From NCBI GenBank assembly GCA_044892525.1, contig CM097885.1:1614001-1678000 (forward strand): 64,000 nucleotides of DNA, in the 5' to 3' direction. Source of the stretch: Schmidtea polychroa (lineage: Eukaryota). This document shows, piece after piece, positions 9,587 to 22,471 of this stretch. The number at the start of each line of letters is the position of its first letter. Position 1 is the stretch's first letter. Under the pieces are notes generated by a model that had not been told where the DNA came from, made no database searches, and saw only the letters and a program-made list of their open reading frames with translations. The position numbers were made by a program, and so were the translations under genes.

Positions 9587-11659
9587 ATGAATTATAACAG
9601 AGAATCAAAGCCGCCAGTCAAAGCAAATCGACGACACCCATTGGCAACGTACAATTCCCAAACTCGAGTTGAAACGGAAGTGTATAGCACCTATAAAGAA
9701 GAGTATGTATATCGGTTCATCGGAACCACGGTAGCAGCAAAGATGAATCACCTCACCTCAAACTATTGGTATTATCCCAGGAGAGTGGATATTCCAAACG
9801 ACTTCAAATTCCCAGGAGGGCCTCGAAGGCAAATGATGGTAACGGTTGTAAATAACCAAGGTAGATTAAAATTGGCGGAACTATGTAGAGAGTATGGTTC
9901 ATGTCCGAAAGTAGAAAACATTTGGATCCATGCGATCAATAGGCCATTTACTGTGTTTATGGCGGGTTTAGAGCTACCTGTTGAATTAGAAAAACAGTGT
10001 ACTCTGGAGATATACCACGCTGATGGACGAGAACGGAATATTATGATCCAGGCAGCAGCGGTGGACACCATAATCGTAGTGGAAATCTTAGACTTCAGGA
10101 AACCATACTCTATAGTCAGCAAAAACGAGCCAACTTGGATTTATAATGTAAATGAAGCTGATATACAGCAGTGTAAATCATTCGTGAGGAAGAAGTTAAC
10201 CAAAGCCGAGGAGGATGAGGCTACAATTTTCATATCGGCAGGTTTTGCCAAATCCCGAATCGAATTGAAGGAGACAATTATCCAAATCGCAATTATGGAT
10301 ATGAGAGGAAATAATTTATTGAGTGCGGTAGTGACTCCCAGAGATCCTGTAAAACACTACCAAACGCACCAATACAAGTTAAAGGAACCCGACATTAGAG
10401 GAAACCTCGACGAAGATGATTGTCATCATCTGATAAGAAAGATCTGCGATAAGAAAATACTGGTAGGTATTTTACTTAAAGATCTGATCTCGGTAGCCAA
10501 TCTACCAGTGCAGCGAATTTTGGGTATTCGTGACCTTTCTGCAAATAAACTATTGGAAACCAGAGGAGTCCCAAAGATCCATGGTCATTACAGATTGGGA
10601 TTCCTGACAAAAACTTTCCTGCGTACGGTTCCCGGAGAACCAAGGAATTTAGTGGTCACCAATGAGGCACTGGCAATACGTGCTGTTTATTTACATATCA
10701 GAAACGAATGGTTAGACCATATCACGATACCTCAGGAGGAATTCATTTCCGCAACTACAGCAGCGATAGTTGAACAAGAAATGACGCAGAAGAGGAGATT
10801 ACCTGAGCAACCATCTACATCAGAGCAACCCCAGCCCAAGAGGAAATCACCTGTGGATCTACCACCGCCTCCAGCCATATCTATTGGAGAAGAAGATGAA
10901 TATGAAACATGTGCTAGTGAAATAGAGACAGCAAAATCACCTAAACAACCATCAGGAGCTGCCTATCAGCCAAAGGATAAATCGGATAATGCGGTCAGAA
11001 AAGAAAACCCAGAAGGAGGCAAGGTGAAAAAGATGTTAAAGAAAATGTTACCCATTAAAAGAGACAAATCGAAGTTAAAGTTGAAGAAAGTTGTTAAACC
11101 GTCGGAAGGAACGACAAAAGATACACCCAGCGGTTCGGAAGATAGGATTATTAAACCTCAAAAGATATTCAGCGAACCAGATGATGACATTATGGAAGTT
11201 GCCTTTCAACCTCCGGTTAAGGAGATGCAGGAAGCAATAAAGGTTAAATCTGAACCTGTGGTAAGGCAGAAATTGTTAAAGATTGCCAAGGAGAATATCA
11301 TCAAGAAACCAGTTTCGGTTGATGTGGACGGTTTCGAACCAATGTGGTACAAACGTCCGGATAGTAAATGGAAACCCAGAGCGAAGGAGTATGACTGCCA
11401 ACCAGTCACGAGAATGGCAGTCAATAATAACCAAAAATATGATGTTTATGACGTAGACGGGATCCCTTACGTGGTGTCTACAGTCATATTAACAAGTGCT
11501 CTGGATGGTAAGCCTTTAGCAGTGAGTTTTGAGCCAGATGTCTTACAGAAGAGGAAGAAGAAGTTGTTGCAGCAATACGTTATTGCGAATAGCTACAGCA
11601 CAAAGGAAGTGCACCTTTACAAAGTTCCAGACCCAGATCCCGATGATCTGGATATCTAA
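9587..11659 (+). CDS. Accessory ORF2 of the LTR element with degenerate DEDDh (REX4/ISG20-like) exonuclease domain and a low-complexity charged C-terminal half
   Basis: Open frame 9356-11659; likely ATG 9587 just after a polypyrimidine-AG acceptor (9581-9582). QIAIMDMRGNNLLSAVVTP..V.HYQT, KILVG, IRDLS, NEALAIRAVY at ~10220-10700. Confidence 0.8.
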   Translation: MNYNRESKPPVKANRRHPLATYNSQTRVETEVYSTYKEEYVYRFIGTTVAAKMNHLTSNYWYYPRRVDIPNDFKFPGGPRRQMMVTVVNNQGRLKLAELCREYGSCPKVENIWIHAINRPFTVFMAGLELPVELEKQCTLEIYHADGRERNIMIQAAAVDTIIVVEILDFRKPYSIVSKNEPTWIYNVNEADIQQCKSFVRKKLTKAEEDEATIFISAGFAKSRIELKETIIQIAIMDMRGNNLLSAVVTPRDPVKHYQTHQYKLKEPDIRGNLDEDDCHHLIRKICDKKILVGILLKDLISVANLPVQRILGIRDLSANKLLETRGVPKIHGHYRLGFLTKTFLRTVPGEPRNLVVTNEALAIRAVYLHIRNEWLDHITIPQEEFISATTAAIVEQEMTQKRRLPEQPSTSEQPQPKRKSPVDLPPPPAISIGEEDEYETCASEIETAKSPKQPSGAAYQPKDKSDNAVRKENPEGGKVKKMLKKMLPIKRDKSKLKLKKVVKPSEGTTKDTPSGSEDRIIKPQKIFSEPDDDIMEVAFQPPVKEMQEAIKVKSEPVVRQKLLKIAKENIIKKPVSVDVDGFEPMWYKRPDSKWKPRAKEYDCQPVTRMAVNNNQKYDVYDVDGIPYVVSTVILTSALDGKPLAVSFEPDVLQKRKKKLLQQYVIANSYSTKEVHLYKVPDPDPDDLDI

Positions 11660-11906
11660 CCCAAGAGCGTTGCCACCCAACATGTGTCGTCAAATTCAAA
11701 TGTGTACAAAATGACTTAACTATTATTTGAGTTGTGTTTTTCAGTGTTCTGACATTCATTATTTGTGATCTGAAACATTTATATTTTTTGTGTTTTGTCT
11801 TATTTGATTAATTTTTATGTTTTATTGTAATACTGTTTACCAAAAGCCTTCTTTAGTCTTGCTTTTATCTTGTTTTCGAGACGAAAATCTTTTAGGGGGT
11901 AAGACT

Positions 11907-12982
11907 TGTTAGGGATAGGCCTTGGGGCCTGGAGTGTAAAATAAATAAAGAATTACTATATTTAGAAACAGTATAAATAAAAATTACTGAAAATAGAAGA
12001 TAGGTTTTACTAATTACTATTAATAGATTTAGGTAATATATAGGAATATTTGATAATACTATTACTATATATAGTAATTATAAAATTACTATTAATAAAA
12101 TAAATAATTAAAATGTGATATAAATACTGGTTCAAAACAAGAACCAGGGACGATAAAAACATAGACAATAAAATTGACGATAATTTGCGGACGGGAAAAC
12201 TGACAAGAAAGTTCGAAAAGGAATTGAAACAATAATTTAGAAAATTATTATCATTTTGAAAACGAAAACGTGATTAAAGAATCACTGTGTCAATTATTAA
12301 GTTTAGAAGTTCAACATTTGTCTACAACAATAAAACGTGATTAAAGAATCACGGTGTTCATCAATCAACCAGACGATAACTCAACTCAAATTTCAGATCG
12401 TTTTACAAATTAGAAAGTGACTATAAATTGTCAAACGGAACAAACTAGAATCAGAGAGAATAATTTTGGAGAGAAAATTGGAACAGATTCGTGAAACAAT
12501 AGAAAGGAGCTATTAATCTAGAAGGTAAAAGAAGTTCTGTACTTGAGTTGTGTAAGGATAAATTATTATCCTTGTGAAGTGAGATAATTAAAATAAAGCG
12601 AACACAAAGCACAGACAGCGGCTTTCGTGTTACCTGGTAGCCCCAAAATCAGCCCTCTTACTTTACCGTCATCTTTTCAATTTATTTAGCGATCGTTGTG
12701 CTACACAGGAGCCATCGATTTCTTGCAGGCTGTGGTAAACAGTAAGGATTAATAAATCCGTTTTCTTGTATTCTTTGCACATATATTATAAATATCTGTT
12801 GTAAATTATTAAATACATTTTTATAAAAGAGAAAGGCGTTTGTTGTTAATTCAGTGATTTAAAAACTCATATACGCAACCACATTAAATAACTTATTTAT
12901 ATTTATTTTTATTTATTTATCTTAATTAAGTTATTGGAGTCATTTGTGTTAAGATCTGTAGTCCCCGTTTTTCGATCTTAAC

Positions 12983-12983
<1 letters not shown>
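11907..12983 (+). repeat. 3' LTR (1077 bp)
   Basis: Starts TGTTA right after the PPT and ends TAACA (inverted termini); TATA-like TATAAATA ~12119; AATAAA at ~12592 and ~12751; followed immediately by (AAT)n. Confidence 0.85.
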
Positions 12984-14106
<1,123 letters not shown>

Positions 14107-14324
14107 TCTTGGGAAAATGTTTATAACTTTGTTAATATTAACAATGGTGATGACAACAATAACTCATTCGAAAGGTCTTGCACCAAGCTTCAAAATAAGC
14201 TATCAATCGATGAAATAAGTTGATGTGAACGATAACTTTTGGCAGGCCAAATAGTAGATCACCGCTGGAACAAAGACATTAGAAATAATAATATTTTTAA
14301 AAATAATAATAATTATATATCATT

Positions 14325-14458
14325 GATGAGTCATATGTCTTTGTTCTTAAGTCGACCTTGAATGCTTGATGAGTCATCGGATGAGTCATATGTCTTTGTT
14401 CTTAAGTCGACCTTGAATGCTTGATGAGTCCTCTGATGAGTCATATGTCTTTGTTCTT
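14325..14458. repeat. Short tandem repeat (~55-bp unit, ~2.5 copies) containing TGAGTCA motifs
   Basis: GATGAGTCATATGTCTTTGTTCTTAAGTCGACCTTGAATGCTT repeated. Confidence 0.85.
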
Positions 14459-14759
14459 GAAAAAAAAAATTTAAAAATTTTTCCCGGCGGGGGGGGGGGG
14501 GGTGGGGTAAAAAATGTCTTTGTTCCAGCGGTGACCTGTTCTAGCGGTGACCATACCATCTACTGGAGTATTATTATTTTTGATTTATTTTTGAATTCCA
14601 AATTGTTATGTTTTACATTGCAGGTGCTTCCATATCACTACTGTCTAGAATGCACGGGAAACCTTCATATGGTCATCACTCGCATGCTTTATTTGGACAG
14701 GAAGACGGACCTGTCAGCAACGTACGAAATGGTAAACATACGTTTGATCCAGCGCCAAT

Positions 14760-15560
14760 AAAATTGGATAATGGCGCGTTGGACGTACTTCATGAATGAT
14801 TTCGTGTCACTAGCAACATCACTAGGATTTTATTTTTCAATTGTAGATTGTGAGCCCAGCAGATACTGTATCTGAAAGAAATATTCTGTTTGCAACGCGT
14901 TAAACTCGATGTTCTTAGAACAAAATATAATTGAAGAGATTCTGAAAGACAATGGACTGAGTTTACACTTTCAAGAATTCAGAAACTTTGCAGATATGTG
15001 TGATGCCTGAATAAAATATCGTTACACCCATAAACCAGAAGGTAATGGCGTACCAGAAAGAAACCACATAACCATAAAGCGAATATTAGCGGGGGTACTT
15101 CCGTGTTATCTTACACCCCTAAAAATTAAATTAAAAAAGAACATATATAATTATTATATTTATTTTCTAAATCACAGTTACAAACTCAGTAAATGTTTGT
15201 AAAGAGTTTGTAAATGGTCATCCAGGTGGCCAGGAAACCACAATGTCGTTGAGAATAGTGTCAAACACATCGGCACTGTTGCTTAGAACGCATTTGCGCC
15301 ACATAAACTCACATAAATCACAGATAGCCCTAATAAATTCATGTTCAATAATGTTCAATAACGTCATCAATAATGAATTCTCCATTTTTTATATTGTTAT
15401 TTTAATTGTATTTTATAATTTAATTTTTGGGGGTAAGATAACACGGAAGTACCTTAGCGGGACCAGGCTGCAACCTTCTTAAGGCTGTTTTCTTCTATAA
15501 CATTACGCTAGATCTAGATTTAGACAATGAAATCGTCCCATCAAAGGTGCACTTAGGTAG
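14760..15560 (+). pseudogene. Decayed Gypsy-type integrase relic, interrupted by a Merlin derivative
   Basis: EEILKDNG..QEFRNFA and HKPEGNGVPERNHITIKRIL (integrase second Asp and Glu motifs) with stops. Confidence 0.6.
15094..15453 (-). mobile_element. Internally deleted Merlin (IS1016-like) DNA transposon
   Basis: ~38-bp TIRs GGTACTTCCGTGTTATCTTAC; 8-bp TSD TTAGCGGG (15086-15093, 15454-15461); minus-strand remnant LCEFMWRK..VFDTILNDI..WPPG* resembles a Merlin transposase C-terminus. Confidence 0.85.
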
Positions 15561-16199
15561 GGAATGGGCTTCGGTTGCAGCAATTATTGACGAATAAACA
15601 CTTTTGTCAATATGTAAACATTTTTAATTTGTGATATATTCTTTATAATAATAATTTACTATAGAGAATTTAAACTATGTGGTTTGAATAATAAACGCGA
15701 CGATTAAATTGAAGGGCATTTACTTATTCGTAACTACTTTATAACAAAAATGACAATAATTAAATATTTGACAATACACTAAAATCTCTAATAAAAAAGA
15801 TTCTTTGGAAATTCTTGTTTAAATTAAAAAAGTGAAAAGATTATTGTATCAAATCATAATTATTAAATAATAATATTTTTTTATCAATTCCACAAATAAT
15901 GTCATTTTGCATGCGGAGTGGAAGGCTACGTACGATGAGACTGCTAATTTAACCCTAGAAATGAAAATTATTATGTAAATCGAACCACAAGCTTTCAACA
16001 GAAAAACCACAATCCGAAAATAGCAGTTGGAACTATTGGAGTAAATGATGAGACGAGGCCACAGGAGTATTCAGGCAATGCAGAAGACAAGTGTGAAAAT
16101 ATTCAGCATCCAAAAATACACGGGAGGCAATGATTTGAGCAATTTACTTGGTAATTTTCAGGGTTATTATAATAAATTAATTTTTCTTGTTTTCATAGA

Positions 16200-17950
16200 A
16201 GCAAATTTTTACATTATTAAAGTGTTACGCAAAATAATTTCGGCACTCGATGCGACGCATCCTTTGGTTACAGCCTAGAATCAGAACTGCCAATATTGCT
16301 CTTGAGTCCTGTTTGTTTGTTAATGACGTATACAACACTGGAATATTCTTCATTCTGTTTCGCATAAATGGCATTGTTTATGTCATTTCTTTTTTGATGA
16401 AGTTGAAGGCGCCATTGAATTTTTGCATTTGTTTCCAACTAAACAGTTTATAAAACTAATTGATTCTTTCAAGTCTTTGTTGAGTAAATTTTGATGCTGT
16501 CTTCGCTGCAAATTCGGTAAAATTAGTGACTCACTAACTTCTTCCAAAAACGAATTTCTTCTGTTGTTCTTTTTTATATTCCAATCTTTATAAAGAATTG
16601 TGTATATAAGATACACCGCCAATGCACTGCTATCTAAAATCTTCATCAAAAATGCTACAGGTCATCTGTTTGTCTTCCTTTTTCATGTGTAAGTTTTTAG
16701 CAGTTTTTCCATAAGATCAGTGCATCATTTCGTTTTGTTATACTCAATTATCATTTCCGGTTTGCGTTTATCATCTTCCACAATCGCATCACTCTAGTAC
16801 ATTGTGGACAGTAAAACTACTGCTCTTCCTTTTCGTGATACATATGATGCCAAAGTGAGATTTTTTGTGAAGTCGAAAATTATCGAAAGTTCTTCTCGAG
16901 AACGATTTGAGTGGGAATTTTTAGAAATAAATGGTTTGTTTTTTCACAGTGTTCCAGTTATAGTTAGGCCACAACTTTTCATATTTAGAGCTAATTGCTT
17001 TGAGGTAAAAAAATTATAGATTGTTATATTTCTATTTTAACCATGATATGGAATGAATAATTTTTCGACAATGTTTTCGCCGAGATTGATAGTATGTTGG
17101 TTTCCTTCTTTTCCAAAATACGGTATCCCTCCTAATGTAATTCCTGTAAATGAATCATTGATCCAAAATATTTTGATTCCATATTTTTCTGGTTTTGATG
17201 GCATATATTGTTTGAATGGACACTTTCCATCCAAACCAAACAATTGTTTGTATACAGTGAGATTACATGATGGTATTTAAAATGTTCACAAATTGCTACT
17301 TATCCATTCTCATAAGTCTCTGATAGGTGCAAGTTTATCATTGGCACCCATTTCATGTCTTAAATTTTTATCATCGAATCTAATAAATTGACAAATTTGA
17401 TGGTATCTATTTTTAGACATGAACGCTCAAAATTTTGGAGATCCGTATTTTTTGCTCCATATTCGGTCAATACTCACACCTACCGATTTTTGATTATTAT
17501 CTTCAACAACTCCCCAATAAATGCACCTATTTCAATATTACCGACTGGTTTCCACATTTTTTATATTGCTTTTCTGTGTGCACCTTGAGAGCTTCCTTTT
17601 CTGTCATGTCTGTTATTATGGATAACAATAACGATTTAATTGTTGATTTAATTAATATAATACATAACTGTATACAAAATGACGACAGTTAAAAATTTTA
17701 AAACTGACACAAACCCTCTTAGTGAAGGTCAAACGACAACTAATACTCGTCGGCAGCTGCGGCCGTTAAAGAGGGAATGGCGGAGTTATTTTATAAACAC
17801 TTGACAATATGTTTTTCTAGAAGTTTTACATTTATTTTTGGAACTAGGAGATTATTTAAAGTCTTTTTAATGGTTGTTAATTCTAGGAAAAAATACACCT
17901 AAGTAAAAGTAGACACGGCCCCTCCAGCCGGTAGAATAGGTTAAAGGTTA
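16200..17950 (-). mobile_element. Decayed piggyBac (PGBD4-like) transposon; ends approximate
   Basis: GKCPFKQYMPSKPEKYGIKIFW..YFGKE..LGENIV motif with frameshifts and stops; TTAA sites near 17941-17951. Confidence 0.8.
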
Positions 17951-18364
17951 ATAAAACAATAATAATTTCGTTTATATTAAAACAAGCTAAACATTAAAAT
18001 TGCATTATTTCCCCTTGATCGAGACCAACTTCTTCACTTTAATCTTATCAATTTCTTGGTGATTGCCAGATTGTGAATTGATTATTTATTTCATAAAATT
18101 TGAATTTTATAGTAAATTTTATTTCTGCTAACAAAATTTTGAAACAATTTTAGTATTATTTAAAAAGCTATTTTGTTTAAAAGTAAGAAGAAATCAAAAA
18201 CTGAGATTTATAATAATTTATATTAAATTAAAATTATGTAATTATAAAATTTTATATTTTTCAAACATTAACTAAATGAATATAATTTTATAATTTCCTT
18301 AAAGTTTCGATTTAATTGATTGTTTTAATACATTTAGCTTGTGCCTCACAATTAAAAAAACAAC

Positions 18365-20702
18365 ATGACTGTACTTGATGATTTAACAGAATGTTTGCGA
18401 AATATTATTCCATATTATTTTGTCCTAATAGTTCCATTATTAATATTTATTTCTCCAATCGATCCTGTTAAAGCTGCTCAACAGTTTACGGCTTATAGAC
18501 TACACCAATATGATATCCAGGGAGCAAAATTAGGTACGTTTTAATTTTCCTGTAAACGTTGAATGTTAAATCTTAAGGTAGTCGTAGCTCTGCTTTTAAT
18601 TTTGAGGCGCAAACTTCACATTCAAAATTAATTAGTAGGAAATGTTTGCTTTTAAAAATTATAGAAGTATCTGCTGCTTCGATTAAACTAGCAATTTCAC
18701 AAAATGTTGGAAGTATAATTATATTACTTCCACTCAAATCGAGCTGGGATGCGACAATTAAAGAGGTTTATATTGAATTACAGATAATAAAATCAATGGT
18801 TAAATGATGTAGCATATTAGTAATGTGGAGAAAGAATTATTGATAGATGAATTTGCGATTCCTATATATTTTGCATTTGGTACTCCTGAGGTGGAAAATA
18901 TTTATAGCAATGTACAGCAACTAATGGAATCTTCCAAATCGACTTCTGCAGCCCAAGGTAATCTAGGTGATTGATTACAAGAATGAAATTGTTATCGTTT
19001 ATCAGCATTGATCAGTTCAATCATGAGCAACGGTTACCAGCTTTACACGTCTTCATATCAGGCCCAGAAACCGCTGCAGGATTTTCAAATTACCAATATA
19101 TTTGTAATAATTTTGTGAAATGAATTCAATGTAATTTGAATGTTAATGAATGCGTTAAGGGGAAATTGGCTGGCAACGGAATTGAGGAGCAATTGCCGAC
19201 GGTGCTGATCGTGGCCCATTACGATGCGATGGGGATGGCGCCGGTAATTGAGATTGAGATTGATATGATGATTATTATTATGTCGTCTGTTGTGCTAATG
19301 ACAGAGCTTGGCATTCGGATTCGACAGTAACGCCAGCGGGGTCGTCATGATGATGCAGCTGATGCGGATATTCTCAAGGCTCTACGCAGCCCAGAGGAGC
19401 CATGCCAAGTAAGGGGGGAACGCGGTTGATTGGTTGTATTGATTGATTGATTGATTGGCTGGTTGCGCAGGTACAATTTGGGGTTCCTGCTGTCGGGAGG
19501 CGGGAAATTGAATTTTATCGGCACCAAGAAATGGCTGGAGGAAATTCACGAGGTCGCAGATGGCTCCTCATCGTCAATCAATACCGACAGGCTCATGCTG
19601 GCCGTCTGTCTGGAGCGGCTCGCGGTTGCCAAGGACGATGGCATCTCGGTGCACGTGTCAAAGCCGCCCAAGGAGGGATCAAGTGGCCACCGATGGATCG
19701 AGGCGCTCAACTACAGCGTGGCGCTCCTCAATAGCTCGCTTCATGTCGTTCACAAGCGCATCAATCTCAATGAGGACGAGCTACAATGGGAACATGAGCG
19801 GTTCTCGCTGCGCAAAATGCCCGCATTGACTGTGAGTGCCGAGCGCGACAGATTCACCAATCGCAAATCGATTCTCGATGATTCTATTTCGGTGGAGCTG
19901 CTGGCGAGGAACACGCGGGCGGTAGCGGATACTTTGATGCGGCTGTTGTATGGGCTGGAGGATGGCCACGGGCCGATAATTGAGGAGCACTGGGTGATGG
20001 AGGAGGCCATTAAGGCTGACCTGTCGTTGTTGACGCGATTCCCACGGAGCCAGCAGCTGCTTGGTCCCAAGCATCCGCTTATTCTCAGCATGGAGCGGGT
20101 CATGAAGCGCTATCTTGGCAATGTGAGGCTCACCAAGATCCGTGCTGACGCTCGCGATCCAGAATTCATGCTCTATTCAGATGCTGAGGTGACAATCACT
20201 GCACACAGGTGAGAGAGGCGCTGATTGATCTGATTGTGTCATTTGTGATCCTGATTGATCTGATTGGGTTAATTGTGATGGTGATTGATCTGATTGGGTC
20301 AATTGTGATGGTGATTGATCTGATTGGGTCAATTGTGATGGTGATTGATCTGATTGGGTCATTTGTGATCCTGATCGGGTCAATTGTGATCCTGACTGAT
20401 CCATTTGTGATGTTGATTGATCTGATTGGGGGTAAATTGTGATACTAATTGATTTTATAGTTCTAATCTATGATATTTATTGATTTATTGGCATTTCAGA
20501 GTGAAACCAGCTTTGTTCGACTTCCTGGTGGCCTGCGTGATTATTGCATATCTAGGACTCGTCTATTTGTTTGTAGAGGTTCATTTGTTCTTCCGTTTAT
20601 CATAATTGATTTATTATTCTCGTTCAGAACTTCTCGTCAATTTGTCGGGTCGTCCTGAAAATATCGATCGCGCACGACAAGAACAAAGAGAAGCACACAT
20701 GA
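18365..20702 (+). CDS. NCLN: Nicalin (M28 peptidase-like ER membrane protein), 9 exons
   Basis: Exons 18365-18533, 18578-18765, 18813-18957, 19006-19103, 19160-19243, 19305-19408, 19471-20208, 20500-20578, 20628-20702, all GT-AG. Motifs FTAYRLHQYD, LPTVLIVAHYD, DSNASGV, LSGGGKLNFIGTKKW, HKRINL..WEHERFS, RVKPALFD + TM; C-terminal KEKHT ER-retrieval signal. Confidence 0.93.
20221..20440. repeat. Intronic ~30-bp minisatellite (GTGATTGATCTGATTGGGTCAATTGTGATG)
   Basis: About 6-7 diverged copies in nicalin intron 7. Confidence 0.9.
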
Positions 20703-22136
20703 ATTTTTATTAAAATATTTCTAATAATTATAATTTTATCTTCCAAATGCTCCTCAATTCGTTAATGGATTTTTATAGTAAATAACTTTGTTATTTGATT
20801 GGCTGCTGATTATGTGTGCGCTTGTGAGTGTGTATGAGAAAGGCATTATGCAATTGACAAGGAGCAATTTGAGCACTTTTGATTGTGATTGGTCGATATT
20901 TATACGGTAAGCTGACGAAGAATTACGATTTTCGCGCTTGATTGGTCAGTCTTACTAAATTGCGGGTGAAATGTAATCTGATGTCACTGATGCTCAACTG
21001 GGAAAGCAGAAAACCTTCGCCATTGGATATGTTCATAATTGACCAGTTAATTCAATGCATTAGTAACTATTTGTATGTTAATATTATTTTGCAAAATTTT
21101 TATTCTGAACGTCATTTCACTACTTAAAAAGTTTATACAATTCGAATTTGAGCAATTCCAATAGAAAGTACACTGCCTAACTTGAGCATGAATTATTGGC
21201 TAAGCCATGTCATCACAATGACTTATGGATCACATCTGGTACTAGTCAGGCTAGGAAATGATGTACCGTGACTATACAACATATTCGGTGCAGATGCGTG
21301 ACGAATGAAATATATATATATATATATATAAATATATAAATATATAAATATATATATTGTTTAAAATAAAACACGGCTATTTTCCAGTGGGGTATCAGAA
21401 GACACACCATACTCGAAGAATATCAACTAATGTCATATGCCTACATAAATTTTCGTAGGTCATTCGTAGCTAAATAAAAAATCCACTCGTTACTCACAAA
21501 GATAAAACTCAGAAATCATGGAAACCATCGTATTCATCGCAAGATACAAGATAAAGCCGTATTGTAATCTGTTTCTGTATTGTCAACTTGACTGTTATTT
21601 CTATACCTCAAAGGTACTAATAAAACACTTGAACAGTTTTCTCAATAATTAAAAAATGGTGCACTGAATAATTTATCTCGTCAGTCATAACATTCTATGA
21701 ATTTCGAAAAATCTAGCGAATATTGTATATAAGAATTTAAATGTGGTGAGTAATTTTTATCTTATTACAAGTGTAATTTTCATGCGTATCCTTTCTTTGT
21801 GTTATTGGACAGAATTTACTATCCTTAGATATTAAGGTTGTGCAAATGTAATAAATTGGCCAATCAAATCACAGAGAGGACAGTTAAGAAATTAGGATGA
21901 ACGGGAAAATAATCATTGATAAAGAGAATAAAACAAAATCCAAATATATGAAAGAGAAATGAAAAAATTAACCTTTTGGACGCGTAAATCAACTAGTCGC
22001 CGGAATTTGTTATTAAACAAATTTTACCGCGTTGAAAGAATTAACAAATAACAAGATAAAAACAGAAAAAACAGTAATTGGTATTTGATTGATCAATTAA
22101 GCTAAAAGAAATAATTTCCCCTTTGAAGATTATAAA

Positions 22137-22145
22137 CTATATTAC

Positions 22146-22176
<31 letters not shown>

Positions 22177-22202
22177 ATTATTATTTGATATTATTATTAT
22201 TA

Positions 22203-22259
<57 letters not shown>

Positions 22260-22279
22260 TATTATTATTATTATGATTA

Positions 22280-22330
<51 letters not shown>

Positions 22331-22376
22331 ATTATTTGATATTATTATTATTATTATTATATATTATTATTATTAT

Positions 22377-22470
<94 letters not shown>
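22137..22470. repeat. (ATT)n microsatellite flanking the Penelope element on the left
   Basis: Directly visible; a second (ATT)n tract at ~26088-26187 flanks the right end. Confidence 0.95.

Positions 22471-22471
<1 letters not shown>

Larger units (their letters stand above)
1..12983 (+). mobile_element. Ty3/Gypsy (Metaviridae, errantivirus-like) envelope-bearing LTR retroelement; 5' LTR and probably gag lie upstream of the window
   Basis: PR-RT-RH-IN order in one ORF; PPT (AGGGGGTAAGA, ~11894-11904) directly before a TGTTA...TAACA-bounded LTR. Confidence 0.95.

Noticed and set aside
12430..12516. Coiled-coil-like peptide (NKLESERIILERKLEQIRE) in the LTR
   Set aside because: No start codon, bounded by stops, too short
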